This document shows, in pieces, positions 63,887 through 64,000 of a stretch of DNA of 64,000 nt. Below the pieces are notes generated by a model that was given only the letters and a program-made list of their open reading frames with translations, did no database searches and was not told the origin of the DNA. The translations under genes were made by a program, and so were the position numbers. The first letter of the stretch is position 1, and every line of letters begins with the position of its first letter. The stretch is from Haliotis rufescens (lineage: Eukaryota): contig NW_025963813.1 in assembly GCF_023055435.1 (NCBI RefSeq), forward strand, positions 31,496,001 through 31,560,000, in the 5' to 3' direction.

Positions 63887-64000
63887 CAATATTTAAAGTA
63901 TTGGTCAATCCTTTCAGTGGATATGTGGACACTGGTAGCAAGACAAATGCTGCCAGTATTTGATTCTTGAAAGGGTCCTGGTTGACAAAGTGCCAGTTCC

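Overview
Repeat-rich, AT-rich eukaryotic DNA with one 163-N assembly gap. The repeat families suggest a marine invertebrate, probably a mollusc (inference only). I see no intact host gene, rRNA, true tRNA gene or CRISPR array. Most ORF-track entries are artefacts of repeats or decayed transposons. The window holds four SINE-like families that share one 3' tail, and several copies have clear target-site duplications (TSDs). It also holds two 5'-truncated R4/Dong-type non-LTR retrotransposon copies, remnants of L2, CR1, I-group, RTE and Penelope-like elements, Tc1/pogo MITEs, palindromic elements and five tandem-repeat arrays. The best lead is the most abundant short retroposon ('family X', about 18 copies or fragments). 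It has no tRNA/Pol III head and instead begins with a ~95-nt sequence that folds as a pseudoknot, with compensatory base changes between copies in this window. This makes it a candidate structured RNA (ribozyme or promoter module). All assignments were made by eye, without database searches.
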